This document shows positions 38,290 to 51,159 of a DNA stretch of 64,000 bases, in pieces. Made by a program: the position numbers and the translations under genes. This stretch comes from Ylistrum balloti. Lineage: Eukaryota. The notes beneath the pieces were generated by a model that was not told where the DNA came from, made no database searches, and saw only the letters and a list, made by a program, of their open reading frames with translations. Numbering within the stretch: the first letter of the stretch is position 1; every line of letters begins with the position of its first letter. Location of the stretch: assembly GCF_031769215.1 (NCBI RefSeq), contig NW_026782036.1, positions 1,054,001 to 1,118,000 of the forward strand, read 5' to 3'.

Positions 38290-38560
38290 CCTGGCAGTTA
38301 GTTTGCCTGTTTGCCCCGTTGTTGTAAACCTTGTGTCATTTGAGATCGTGACATTACGTACTTCAATTGGCCAAGATTTGTATGGCGGATCTCGTCGATG
38401 AAACAGAAGACGTTTACTCTTCCAGAACATTTGGTCTTATTATCTTTCTTCTTTTTCCAGGAGACTCAGTGCATTTCTATTGTTCACATTTTGCTTTAGT
38501 TTCAAGAGATTTGAGTTTGGGTTATGATTTAGTTGACACGTTGGTGTTTCAAATTTTCAG
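38290..38560 (+). mobile_element. Naiad-like PLE 3'-tail fragment
   Basis: GGCGGATCTCGTCGATGAAACAGAAGACGTTTACTCTTCCAGAACATTTGGTCTTATT plus flanks shared with the other copies. Confidence 0.8.
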
Positions 38561-40204
38561 AATATATGAAATATCTACGTGATCTGATACATAACTGATG
38601 ACATGTCCTTATCACATTTCAGGTCATTTGACTCCAGTTAAATTTATTTATTTATTTATTTATTTTTTTTTTTTTTTTGTTCAAATTCAATGAAAATATT
38701 ATTTTGGCAAATGCACAATTTATTTAATCTTAGTCTACGTCATGTGTTTCTCATATACATGTTTTCTATCATATGTCATTGTTGGTGCTTGAGTTTCATG
38801 AAAAATATCAAACAATAATTTAAGAGGGCTGTTCCTGTATGAAAACACTACCAGCCTCTGACACTGCCGGACTGCCACGTCGGATTTTCGACCGTTTAGA
38901 TCTGAGCTGAAATTTGCCATGGAGTAAGATAACTTAGTGTACCAAATGTGAAATCAACAAGTGAAATCAACATTATGATGATAAATCACTAAATGTTCTA
39001 TTGATAACGATCGAAATGGAGGAAGTAGCATTTTCCTTTTATATTTCAATCCGATGTTTTACGGTAAGATTTTTTTCATCTGCGTATCGTTATTATTTCT
39101 CGGCAAAATGTCAACACCAAATTTCTGGCACTTAGCTTATGAGCTTTTGTAACAAGACGAAGAATAAGCCTGTGCAAAGTTTTCATGGTTTGACATTTAC
39201 AAGTTTAAAGGTTAAACGAGAAAGAAATATCCACTAGGTAAATATTTACACAGAGGCCCTTGTAAAGTGCTAGAGAACAATGTATTCCATAAGGGTGAGG
39301 TATCTCATGCTTTATCGACAATTACTATGTCAATCATGGTTCATTTCATGTTCTCAAAATGAGAACCATTTATATAAAAATGAAACTAATTCTGAATTTA
39401 ATCAGGGCGTACTATTGGACATGGACAATAGGGTTTCATCAATCTGCGTCTCTTAAGTCACAGTGCGTAAATTTATCTGCCATCTGCCGACGTCTATCAC
39501 AGACAACGTGATATCAACTAGCGACATGCCAGTTGCAGTTTTACAACAAAGACAAGCTGTCAATATCATATAAACCACACAATTTATTTAGATAAATTTG
39601 CTAACATCAACCATATCAGCTAAAGTTTTCAGAAGTTAACACAATATGCAAAATACTATACAGTTTTCATTTGCTACGATAAATACTTAACATTACAAGT
39701 ACATGTACAACTCTCAAATCAGAGTTAAGAAATACGGCATTCTATACTAATTCAGATCAGATTACTTGTTGAGTAAACAAGGACACATCACAGACCAAAT
39801 GCGAATCATTTCAAAGACAATATCCATTGATTCCTAAATCAACACATACCAATACTAACCGCCCCTGATGTCAATAGATCATCCAATTTCAAAACATACA
39901 AAATATACGTAATATCACACATAGTTTCTGATATGGATGGACAGTTTTATGTCACGAAACCATATTCTTCATTGTTTCCTAATAAAAAAAAACAAAAAAA
40001 CATAGACTGCATCATCTCTGAAAGAAGTCCAAATCGTACATCACATATATAAATCACTTACCCGTTCAGTAGAAGTTTACCAAATATATAACTCATTTGT
40101 AGAGCCTTCATACAGCAATGAAAAATTCACATTTACAACTGAAAATTTACAAACGTTAGTCGGAATGATATTATTTGATAATTAACACACGATACTGGAT
40201 GTCC

Positions 40205-41500
40205 CTATTCCAACGTTAGTTGTTGAGATGATGCATGTAACGCTATTTCCTCTGGCGTTTGTGCCGGTCGGGGTTGGTCGACCGCTGGATTCATAAAGTT
40301 AGCAGGGTTAACGTGTACGGTAGACCCTGTCTCAGCATGGCAACATCTTGTACATCTCAACACGGACATACATCGACCTCGGAAACTCTTACTACATATT
40401 ACGTACAAAAAGAAATTAATTGCATAGTTAAGCTGTTCCATCACTTGCGAAGCTTCCCTGAAAATGACAACTTCAGAATCCTTTGATTCGAAGATGTTTT
40501 CTCCCCGGAAAAAAGCTACCGCGTGAGCGATTGTAATGGGCCCAACGAGCAAAACATACGCTATGCTTACCCCCAGCAACATAATCGTTGTCTTGCCGGT
40601 TTCATTTCGTGTATGGGACGATTGGGCTAAAGCTTGTCGTGTCTTTTGTTGTTTGTATAGCTTCAGAATCGTCATTGGTGTGAGGATAAGAAGTAGAAAT
40701 GTCGGAATTATGGAATAGATGGTTGTCCCGGCGAGCAGAAATCCTTCCGTCATCTTCTCATTGCCTGCAGTGGACAGATTCGGAATACAAACACCATTTT
40801 TCAAAATGGAAGAAAAAGTCCAAACTCCGTTTAATGTGTATATTGTTATATAAACACAACTAATAGCGATGTATGCATTTCTCTTTGTTGATATGACTTT
40901 AATCTTTAAAGGAAACCAAACTGCAAAGAATCGTTCAAAACTGATGAATACCACAAACCATGATGATGTCATTTTTGCAGACCGGAAAAAGCAAAAGAAT
41001 GCCTTACAGCCCCAATCTGAGAGAGCACGAACATCTACACCAAGACGTGTCCGTACAAACGCCTTGTTAAATGGAAGGAGAAGGATTAGAGTTGTGTCTG
41101 ATATTGACAAGGCCGTGAGGATGACGCTTACCGTCATATACCGGAAACTCTTACTGCGCATGACTATGATAGTCATCGTGTTGCCGCATATACCAAGAAG
41201 CAAGAACAATGGCACTACAACATAACCAACGTAGTCAATCAGCGACGGCAAAGTCGTCTCGTCCACGATTTGTGAGTGTTCCGTATCGTTTGAAAATACG
41301 CAATCAACGTTATTTACTGTATCAGTTTGGGTCGAGTTGACTTGTCCAGATGCGATCGAAACGTTGAATTGCTCCGTTACGGGATACGGCGTTGAAGAGC
41401 CAGCAGAGTTATCGTATAAAGTGGCGTTGTCAACTGTCTCTGTGTCACAAGATAAACAAACTAAAACCAGAATCACACACAATATGAGCGGAAAATGCAT
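40205..41500 (-). CDS. Intronless class A (rhodopsin-like) GPCR, FMRFamide-receptor-like orphan peptide-receptor group, with predicted signal peptide
   Basis: Seven hydrophobic segments. TM1 GN, TM2 LSISD, TM3 C..ERF (DRY variant), TM7 NYAINFFLY. Probable start MHFPLILCVILVLVCLSC at 41500 (the ORF track start at 41569 is non-ATG). N-terminal sequons NAT, NVS, NST, NDT. Confidence 0.93.
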   Translation of the reverse strand: MHFPLILCVILVLVCLSCDTETVDNATLYDNSAGSSTPYPVTEQFNVSIASGQVNSTQTDTVNNVDCVFSNDTEHSQIVDETTLPSLIDYVGYVVVPLFLLLGICGNTMTIIVMRSKSFRYMTVSVILTALSISDTTLILLLPFNKAFVRTRLGVDVRALSDWGCKAFFCFFRSAKMTSSWFVVFISFERFFAVWFPLKIKVISTKRNAYIAISCVYITIYTLNGVWTFSSILKNGVCIPNLSTAGNEKMTEGFLLAGTTIYSIIPTFLLLILTPMTILKLYKQQKTRQALAQSSHTRNETGKTTIMLLGVSIAYVLLVGPITIAHAVAFFRGENIFESKDSEVVIFREASQVMEQLNYAINFFLYVICSKSFRGRCMSVLRCTRCCHAETGSTVHVNPANFMNPAVDQPRPAQTPEEIALHASSQQLTLE

Positions 41501-42945
41501 TGTTTCCAAAGAATTAAAGGAGACTGGATTTTTTGTGATATTTAGCTTTATCCTGTAGATTATATCCAATCACGACGTGCCTGTTGACACTGAATTTATT
41601 GATGTCAATCAGTCTTGTCTCTGTCAGTCAACCTGAATTCCTCTTCTACGCGCAACGTTACTTCATTAGACGGGATAATGTCTTATACTGATATCACTTA
41701 ACATTAAAAGTCTAGAAATATATCATGGTATAATAAAGTCAAACTCAAAACGTTATTGCCATAGCAACTTGCCTTGCTTCATACACACTATGTTCATGAC
41801 AATCACTAATAACACCTGGTATAATGACTGTTTTAAGGTACGGAGGATCCGGGTGCCTTGATGGACAGGTTATTAATTTCGTGGTCTGAAATTGATTACA
41901 TTAAGGATAACTTTGATGATATCTTGTGAGGCCTTCATTAAATAAGACACAGGAAATTAACGCTATTATCTGCACGAAAAACAAAACGGTAGGTTCAATA
42001 TCATTATTAAATACAGACTAATTAAGTTGGCAACGTCCTACATATCTTTGCTTTATTTTATTGCTTAGCCTGACACAAACAGAATATCTATAACTATACT
42101 GTGGAATGTTATTTCTGTAATGGTGACATAAAACAAAATATCAACTTGCTAAAGTTTTCTTTCCTTATCTATACCGTGTGCTGTGTTAACATTCGGATTG
42201 TTCCTATACGAAAACCATTTTAATAATATCATACTTACTTCAGAAGAAAACAGTTGAAACCAAAATAAAAACAAAAAGTTAAAATCTTCATATCGCTATT
42301 GAATATTGCAACTACAAAATATCTTACTCTCAGCACTATTTTTCTGATCATTAATAACTTATCGGTCAATGCTCAAAAATATTATCATTGTATTTAGAAA
42401 ATAACATCTCACATTTCATGATTTTTTTAATCGTTATTTCTGTTTTCGAAATCACACGAAATACCGTTAAAACCGACAACAGGATTAAATTAAGAACGGT
42501 ATGATTTTTAATTAAATTGAGCCTTATCACAAAGCCCTATAATTGTATAAAGGATGAGAAATGAGACATTGAACTGTACTAATATCGTTCTATCCACATC
42601 TAACACTTCTCGATTAATGATTATCTAAACACTCCGTTGTGCTTAACACTAATCATCCTTTTCACATTGACGCTTTATAAATATTCCAAGAGCCGATAGG
42701 ACCATGCATGAGTGCTAATGTTACATGCAATATCAGTCGGGTATAGTTCTGACCAGAATTACAGGATCAAGTCGACCTTACGTATGCAATAGAGATATAA
42801 CCATTCAGTGGGAGACAGGAGATTTTACCAGTAGATAAAATCAATGCATTGGTTGAACGGTGAGGTATAAATTGTGACGCAAAACGAATCCCCCAAAACG
42901 AGGCAATACATTCGCATAAACCAATCATACAAACGGTTCTTTACC

Positions 42946-44811
42946 ATGAAAACCGTTGTGTTAATATCAAAGTATCTGATGTTGTTACACGTTATTGTTG
43001 TTAAGACGTATGGCTCTAATAACGTAATAACAGCCAACGAACAACAGAAATATAGAAATTTTGTGGTTGGGGGAAATCAGCTGATCTCTATGGTAGTTGT
43101 CTCCCTTGGAATGTGTTCATATCACTGTCTCTGGTCACGTGACTGTGTTTCGTTCTTCTTCAACAAGGAGAGAAGAGTTTGCAAGCTCCACTCAGTGTTG
43201 TTTCCAGCCTCCGCCTTCTGGGTTCCTGACAAGGCCTGGGTCTACTACCAAGTAAATGGAGGTAGGTAACACGTGCATGATATTTACATATCAGCTATTA
43301 ACTTACTCCTGTGACTTGCATGGAAGCGTACTAATGTTTGAGAAAACTTTTGAATACCCTTCGGAAACCCACTTGGATGATGATCCCATTTCGTTTAGAT
43401 GAAAGGCAAGCTTTAGGCACTGTGCTAACCGATCTCGTGTTGGAAAACAGTCAATAGGAAAGGAAATTTAAACGTTTATGAATATGTCAGAAAGCCTTAC
43501 CTTCGTTTTTACGATTTTACGTTTTTATATAAGCAGTCTTCCTGACCCCGCGACTTTCTTTGTAGGTGTATGTGATCCTCTATCTGGATACATTCACCAG
43601 CGCCACCTGTCGTTATGTTACAAGCTTCATACTGGGACTAATATTAACTCGGTGTCAGAAGCAGCTCTTGTGTGTCAAAAGGAGGACGCTGAGTTAACTA
43701 GGGTAGACTCGGACAACAAACAGCGACATCTAGCTCAGTATCTGGGTAACTAATGAATATAATCAAAACGAAATAACGTGTATACTACAATTGTTACATA
43801 AGCTTTTATAAGGCAACTTTGCATTAATTACTAAGAATCGAGTCAAAATATTTTACTTATAATTTTAAATCATGATAAAGTTTTATGGTCATCAAATATT
43901 CTTTTTCTTTGTGTATTATAAAACTGAAATTTTTGATGCTCGTTAGTTTGCAGGTTTGTTCTGTTGCTATATACCTTGTTCTCATTTAAAAACCTGATAC
44001 TACTTATTTGGATTGATCAAGTTAACATGGCAGGTGTCGTCGATAAGGCAGAAGACGCTTACCCTTCCGGAACATCTGGTCTTATTCTGCTTCTACTTTT
44101 TCAGGAGTTTCTGTGTAAATTTTTCTTTTGTTCATTTTCCTTCTATTTTTTCGGAACTTGAGTTCGGATTATGAGTACTTTGCCGTGTTGGTATTTTCTT
44201 GATGTTTTTAGTAATGGAGATACAACAATTCACACTGAACTATGTCGTAGAGTTATATATATATATATAGTGTAACCGATATCTCCCAGAAAGCATTAGT
44301 GCATATACATGTATATCACGGTAAAACGAGAACAATGATAAATCAACATATATTTTATGTAAACTTGCTTGAAACTAGTTAATAATCGGGTGTTAGTATA
44401 TAGGTTACTTGACAGGAAAGCACCAACATGTCAACATAATCATATTTACAAATGTTTCTGAACGCTGTCGTCACTTCAAAGAAAAAAGTTCCGGAAAAAT
44501 ACTCTGTTACAGCCCCAATTAAGGCCAATTTATACTTACTTAGTATGTGCTCTTTTACTTTACTATTTTCAGACATGTTCCGGGAGGAAAAGACTTACAT
44601 ACAAGGAAGTGACGTCACACAGAAAGGAACATGGCGATTCAACGATGGAGAAAAGATGATATATTTCCACTGGAGCTCGAGATCTAACCAAAATGTGCAT
44701 GACGTTCATGTGCTTAATTATTTGGTAATGTCAAGACAAGCACGTTTTGGATGGGAAAGAGTAAGCGGAAATGAAAGTTTTGCATTTATTTGCGAGAAAC
44801 GTCCAATCTAA
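42946..44811 (+). CDS. Secreted PAN/apple-domain + C-type lectin domain protein. Exons 42946-43261, 43566-43745, 44573-44811
   Basis: Hydrophobic leader, then PAN-like C...C.....C.SF.F......C.L. Phase-1 GT-AG junctions join LCYKL..AALVCQKEDAELTRVDS..QYL to YIQGSD..GTWRFNDG..YFHW..FAFICE (CTLD). Confidence 0.88.
43870..44200 (+). mobile_element. Naiad-like PLE 3'-end fragment in lectin intron 2
   Basis: AAGTTTTATGGTCATC (KFYGH), then GGCAGGTGTCGTCGATAAGGCAGAAGACGCTTACCCTTCCGGAACATCTGGTC. Confidence 0.82.
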
Positions 44812-46668
44812 CGTTGTGTTTTGTCTAACATTTGTGGTAGATTTAATATCTGCCGGTTTTTCGTTGTTTAAACTCAAAGACGTTTTTAAAGCGGTATTGG
44901 GACATTTCAAAGTGAATAAAAGTTGTATGGATTACGAAAATATTACGATAGATATATGAGTGTATCAGGGCGACGGTTGTATCTAATACACTTTTGATTT
45001 TCACTCCGGAAGTCGCAAGACATATACTTCATCCCAGTATATCCTACGTCAAGCAATTAAGGCATTCTAAAATCATTAAGTGGTGTAATTTTACGTAATG
45101 AAAAACATTTCCTAATCATTAATATTCATATGCCCTTTTCTTTGTTTATTTGGTCTGTACATATTAACCGGAAATGCTTATCAATTACCAAATAATATGC
45201 ACAGTAAAATGCATTTATGATTAGACTAGATAGGATTGCAATCAGAATGTTTTAAGGAAATTACAAACATTCAATGTTCTTATCACAATTCAATTAAAAT
45301 TGTATAGAAAACAAATAACATAGACATCCCTTATCATTGTTATACAAATAATGTCGAAATTTTTTTTTTTTTTTTTTCTGAAAAAAAAATGTATCATTCC
45401 CATTTATATTTAACTGATATCTCAAAATTGGTAAATTTGATCAATGTATTTTTAATATCAATTTTAAATCTAGTAAGTACATTAAAAATGGCAATGACAA
45501 ATTGAAACAAAGTATCTTATTTATTTGATTGACAACATCAATTCATTAGTTTTAAACCGGTGACATACAGATTTAATTTCACTTGTACTTGAAGGGAGGT
45601 AACTCGTATTAAATATTCTCTTTTTTTTTTTTTTTTTTACATCACATTGAAATCCTTACAGTATATATTTACTGATTGGTTCATGTAACGATATCGTAAG
45701 CACCCAAAACAGTAAACACCATCTCTGTGGCGTGTTCGATTTGATCAATTAAGGCTACACAAGTGTTGATTGGTGATCGCACCTTGGAGAGACGCTATCA
45801 TCGCATACTCTCACGCCAACAGATTTATATTGATTTTAAATTGCAACAGAAAACATTTCAAGTGTTCCAAACTTAACGTGGCTTGGCAATTAAGATCGTC
45901 CTACAGATTAAGTAAATTGAAGGCACTTAAGTTGAGACATAGCTATGCTTTACGGAAGGGAAACATTTATCTATAAAAATTCTTACACTACGTCAATTTC
46001 CTCATCCATTATCGAAATGTCATTTTGATTTTATAACTAGCCCGATTAAACATAATTAATTCTCTTACACGGTTGTCTAATATTAGAAACATGATGTGAC
46101 TGGAGTTTGTCTGGCGGGGTGAGAAAAAAATCCCGTATTATGGACATCATTTTCCCCTACACTCGTGTTTTTCTCTCTTTTTCTCTCTCTCTTTCTTTGT
46201 AGAAATACGGTTTATATCTGAACACATTATCGTTAAGTTAAATATATAAGACTGAAGCAACATAAATATTCCCGTTTGAGAAATTCAATTTAACTAACGT
46301 CGTCATAACGTTTCAAACGAATGCAATAAAGTAAGGGAAATAACTCGAATAGTCATACACCTTATAACTTAATTCCCGTAGTTAGCAATAATATCAATAT
46401 ACAGTCATTAAATGGCCGTAGCGTTATTTTTCATATTTAATATTATTTCCAAATATAACACAAGCAACAATATATAACAAAATGAGTGTTTATTAAATAG
46501 CTATCAAATGGTTACATTAGTAAATATCTCCTTCAAAAACTTCAGCCTTTGATCTTCATAATAAATTAAGTGACTTAATGTTGAAATCCATATATGTGAA
46601 ACAAAGATAAAATCGCAAATTTTGTGTCAAATGTGTCCAATTTAAGTCATGCTGTAAACTTTGCAACT

Positions 46669-47451
46669 TCAAAATTTTGGTTGAAATCCGTCCACATTTA
46701 CTTTCACTTTAACACTTACGGAAGTGGTATCCGTTACAGCATTGCCGGAGGTGATCGCTCTGTTTCCGGTAAATGTTTGAAGATTGGGAAGGATGTCTTT
46801 ATCTGGCCAAAGAAATCTATTGGTGTAATGTACATTTTTGACATGTCCTCCCTTATTAAGAATAGGTTCTGTTCCAAACATAGATGTCAGAAATCCAGTG
46901 CTCACGGAAGTGCTACTCATGGGCACGTAACCGGAGTACATCTGTGTAGGTGAAGGTTGTGGTATAAGCGTGGGATCACTTGATAAATAACACGGTTCAC
47001 ACAACGTTTTCAACTCGTTATCACATTTCCGGACGCGCTGCCTTGCCTGACGTCGCCGGAAGTCCCCATTTCCAAAGTCCTCCATGTTTGCCGGATGGAT
47101 GGACCAATAACTGCCCTTTCCACTCTCACTTCGACCTGACTTGATAAAGCACTCGTTCAAGGAAAGATTGTGACGGATACTATTTCTCCAACTTTTGTCC
47201 TCCATTTTGTAGTATGGATAATTCTCTGAAATCCATTCATATATTTCCGACAACAGCATTTGTTTTGAAGGTACACTTTGTATTGCCATCGATATCATAG
47301 CTATATAGGACAGATTAGGTTTTCTATGAGAAACCAGTTCCTCCACTGATTCATCACAATCTACCTGTGTTTTATATTTTGCAATTTTGCTACGTAATTT
47401 TGTTTCGAACTCGTTGTCACGAGTTTTATCTAAAGCTTTGCCATGGTTCAT
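46669..47451 (-). CDS. FoxQ2: Forkhead-box transcription factor, FoxQ2 subfamily-like, single coding exon
   Basis: KPNLSYIAMISMAI..LSEIYEWI..WRNSIRHNLSLNECFIKSGRSESGKGSYWSIHPANMEDFGNGDFRRRQARQRVRK. The GR..GKG.YW.IHPA..DF..GDFRRR motif is characteristic of FoxQ2 proteins. An additional 5' exon cannot be excluded. Confidence 0.88.
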   Translation of the reverse strand: MNHGKALDKTRDNEFETKLRSKIAKYKTQVDCDESVEELVSHRKPNLSYIAMISMAIQSVPSKQMLLSEIYEWISENYPYYKMEDKSWRNSIRHNLSLNECFIKSGRSESGKGSYWSIHPANMEDFGNGDFRRRQARQRVRKCDNELKTLCEPCYLSSDPTLIPQPSPTQMYSGYVPMSSTSVSTGFLTSMFGTEPILNKGGHVKNVHYTNRFLWPDKDILPNLQTFTGNRAITSGNAVTDTTSVSVKVKVNVDGFQPKF

Positions 47452-50188
47452 GATTTTGCTCCTTAAGCTACCACATCCGCTACCTTAACCACCAAGTGAT
47501 ATTTTGAGCAGTCGAAGGTAAGTCCATTGTATTACATTTATTCGTCCACATGTGTACCGCACATTCTACAAACTGTTGTCATCGGACCGAAAACTCCGGT
47601 GTAATATTACAACGATTTTAGGTGTTATTGGGTTGTTATTAAATGTCCATGAAAGCGACATAATACAGTTTTTATAACTGCCATCTTAATCTAATAATGA
47701 TATCAATTAAACAATTAATGTTGAACTTTTCACTCGGGGAAACTGACAATAACCAATAATGACTATGACTGTTTGTTTGGCGTGTTATCAACATCTATAG
47801 GCCTTGGTCTGGAGTTACATCACATAGAGTACGGTACCCGTATCTTAGTGCAAACATCTCCACACAACTTCTTTTGTTCCCACCAGGGCAACAGGGCAAG
47901 CACTACTAAAAAAAATTAAGTAAAAACAAAAAATAATAAAAGGGGAAAATGTGAAAAAAATTCCGTCTTGAAAAACAGGACACCTTAAAGGTACATCATC
48001 CTTGTTTACGCGACGCTACGGCTATTTGCAAATATTTGAAATTATCATTTTTTAATCGTGATTATGATATTGTTCGATCTTGAACCTGGACTTATCTCTA
48101 ACCAAATCCAAGTAAGTGTGAATCCGAACTTTTGAAGAAAATAACATCAATGTGCATGATAGAATTTATACAGAATACGGGATTAAGAAAAACCACACAA
48201 ACAAACAAAACAACACAAAAACACAAATAAAGATAAATAACAACCGAATTCGGTCAGTCAAGCTCATGTAGCATTCATCAAGAATGCAGAATGTTTTCTT
48301 GGATTACAATGTTCGACACATTGCATAATGCGCATGCGTGATATTATTAAGCACGTAACCTTTACTGGTACATTCCGATCACTATGGACAAACACGTGGC
48401 TTGGATGAGATTCCGAGCGAATCAATGTGTACATAATGCATAATGATTACATTCAATCTTTTACATCACTGAACTGGATATCACATCATTATGGTAGTCC
48501 GGTGGGAGTTATACGTGTACATCCACACGTGCCAACTGCCCGGGCCCATTGATTCGACTATACAATATAGCATGTACACGTACATGTCGCCAAATGGTAA
48601 ATATCCCAGTCAAAATGGTTTATGATATAGTACTAAATCATTTTTACACTTCATATGACCACATGGCTTTAACACGCAGATTTGTGTTATCGATCGGATC
48701 AAACCGACCAGATTATAGGTGAGAAACAAGACAACGTTCGAGAGACCATTTAGCCATGTGAGACGTTAGCTGTCATTTTGAGGAGGAACCTGATTAAAAA
48801 ATTAATGTCATCATATAGATTTTAGAAAGCGCACTTTCTACGCGCCTGTCGTTCTGTTGAAAGAGCTAACACAAATTTAGGTCACGATATAGGTTCTAAT
48901 CAGAGTAAAACATAATCAATTGATGATATTTCTATCCTGATGATCAGTGCTACCGAATCTACCTAATCTCGTGTAGAATGACATTGTTTATTGAAAAACT
49001 GTATACACTGGTCATCGGTGACTAGCAGAGGCGATATATGTGTATACCAAAATATATAGTTTTTTTTGTAAGTAGAATGACCAGGACAATGGAATAGGCC
49101 TCAAATCCGAGATCTTTTAACTAAAATCTAAAATATTACTACTATTATCTTTACCATTGATAAAATCGGAAATTTGCTGACTTTCAGGAAATAGATTTGC
49201 AAAATTTTGGCTCAATATCTTGTGAAACTTGAGTATACATTTTACGGATCATCTAAAGTTTTTTACTGCGGTCTAATACTGTTCTATATTTTGATATCCC
49301 AACTGAAATAAAATATAGCTATCACAATTTAAATGTATTTGGTGATCACATTAAGTATTATTTCATGACGTGATTGCTAGCAGACTCTTTATTTTGTTGT
49401 TTATGTTACCTTATACATGTCTCTATCCACATCTATTCATGTAGTTACCATTATACATCGTGGTCATTTTGCTGAACTGGAATTATGTGTGCCCTTTTTC
49501 TCGACGTTCGGTAGAACTGTTTTGCAGATCTGTTTAAGATCGTTTTGGGATTTCCTCTGTGAATTTGGGGTCATTTCACTTCTGAGTGCAGACTGAGTTA
49601 GAATTGAGTCTCTCATTGCTTAATAATGCAATTTACACAAACGTGAATTAGGTTATAGATGCAGATTGGGTTTAGCAGCGTTATCTCAATGTCATATATA
49701 TTCATGTGATTACGGCCACATATAATCATCTAACGTAATTCTAATTAAAATTACAAGGTTTCAGTAAAATTCGAAATTTCCACGAGAGGTTAAAATTGTA
49801 TATATTATATAAACTCTTCCTTTGGACATTTGTAATTTTTGACAGAAGGTTACCCTGGTGCTATAAACTATTCGACACACCTGACTTAAGCTCATAATTC
49901 AGGATAGACCTGTGGTTTTATCAGATTCTAACAATGTAAGTTGTGTTGGTGGAACATTATAGCTGTACCTACACAACTGTCGTAAAATTCATTACATGTA
50001 CCGGGTATGGCTATTTTGTTATATTTTCTTTAATTTTGTGGTTTTGTGTCGACACATTGCTTATTTTTGTCTCGTTTTATTGACGCACGAACGTCCCTGC
50101 TTTTCGAAGTCTTTTTAATGTTTGGTCCCTTCATATCGACTCATCTACAAATGTAATTAACCATGCATGTTGTGTAAAATATTCCAAC

Positions 50189-51083
50189 GTGTTGACGCTT
50201 TGCTGAACATTTTCCCAGTGTTGATGTTTTGCTGAACATTTCCCAGTGTTGACGCTTTGCTGAACATTTCCCAGTGTTGACGCTTTGCTGAACATTTCCC
50301 AGTGTTGACGCTTTGCTGAACATTTTCCCTGTGTTGATGTTTTGCTGAACATTTCCCTGTGTTGAAACTTAGCTGAACATTTCCCAGTGTTGACGCTTTG
50401 CTGAACATTTTTCCAGTGTTGAAACTTAGCTGAATATTTCCCTGTGTTGACGCTTTGCTGAACATTTTCCTGTGTTGAAACTTAGCTGAACATTTCCCTG
50501 TGTTGATGTTTTGCTGAACATTTCCCAGTGTTGACGCTTTGCTGAACATTTTTCCAGTGTTGAAACTTAGCTGAACATTTCCCTGTGTTGACGCTTTGCT
50601 GAACATTTTCCAGTGTTGAAACTTAGCTGAACATTTCCCTGTGTTGATGTTTTGCTGAACATTTCCCAGTGTTGACGCTTGGCTGAACATTTCCCTGTGT
50701 TGACGCTTTGCTGAACATTTCCCTGTGTTGACGCTTTGCTGAACATTTTCCCAGTTTTGATGTTTTGCTGAACATTTCCCTGTGTTGACGCTTTGCTGAA
50801 CATTTCCCTGTGTTGACGCTTTGCTGAACATTTCCCTGTGTTGAAACTTAGCTGAACATTTCCCTGTGTTGAAACTTAGCTGAACATTTCCCAGTGTTGA
50901 CGCTTTGCTGAACATTTCCCTGTGTTGAAACTTAGCTGAACATTTCTCAGTGTTGAAACTTAGCTGAACATTTCTCTGTGTTGACGCTTTGCTGAACATT
51001 TCCCTGTGTTGACGCTTTGCTGAACATTTCCCAGTGTTGCCGCTTTGCTGAACTTTTCCCAGTGTTGACGCATTGCTGAATAT
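50189..51083. repeat. Satellite, 28-29-bp unit GTGTTGACGCTTTGCTGAACATTTCCC(A/T), ~31 copies, with GAAACTTA and GATGTTT variants
   Basis: Period read from 50246 and 50274. ORFs 50131-50999 are repeat translations. Confidence 0.97.
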
Positions 51084-51159
51084 TAGCTGTCCTGTGTGTT
51101 AACGTCATATTAATTTTCGTCATTACGGACTGTCTGCTTGCTAAAAATTGAGTTCACAC

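Noticed and set aside
41501-41569. Longer GPCR N-terminus from the ORF track
   Set aside because: It begins at a non-ATG codon. The first in-frame ATG (41500) directly precedes a signal-peptide-like segment.
46624-46953. 109-aa plus-strand ORF
   Set aside because: Antisense to the FoxQ2 C-terminal coding region, with no domain features.
47983-48080. TTAAAGGTACA, resembling a TTAA-target DNA-transposon/MITE terminus
   Set aside because: No matching inverted terminus was found nearby.
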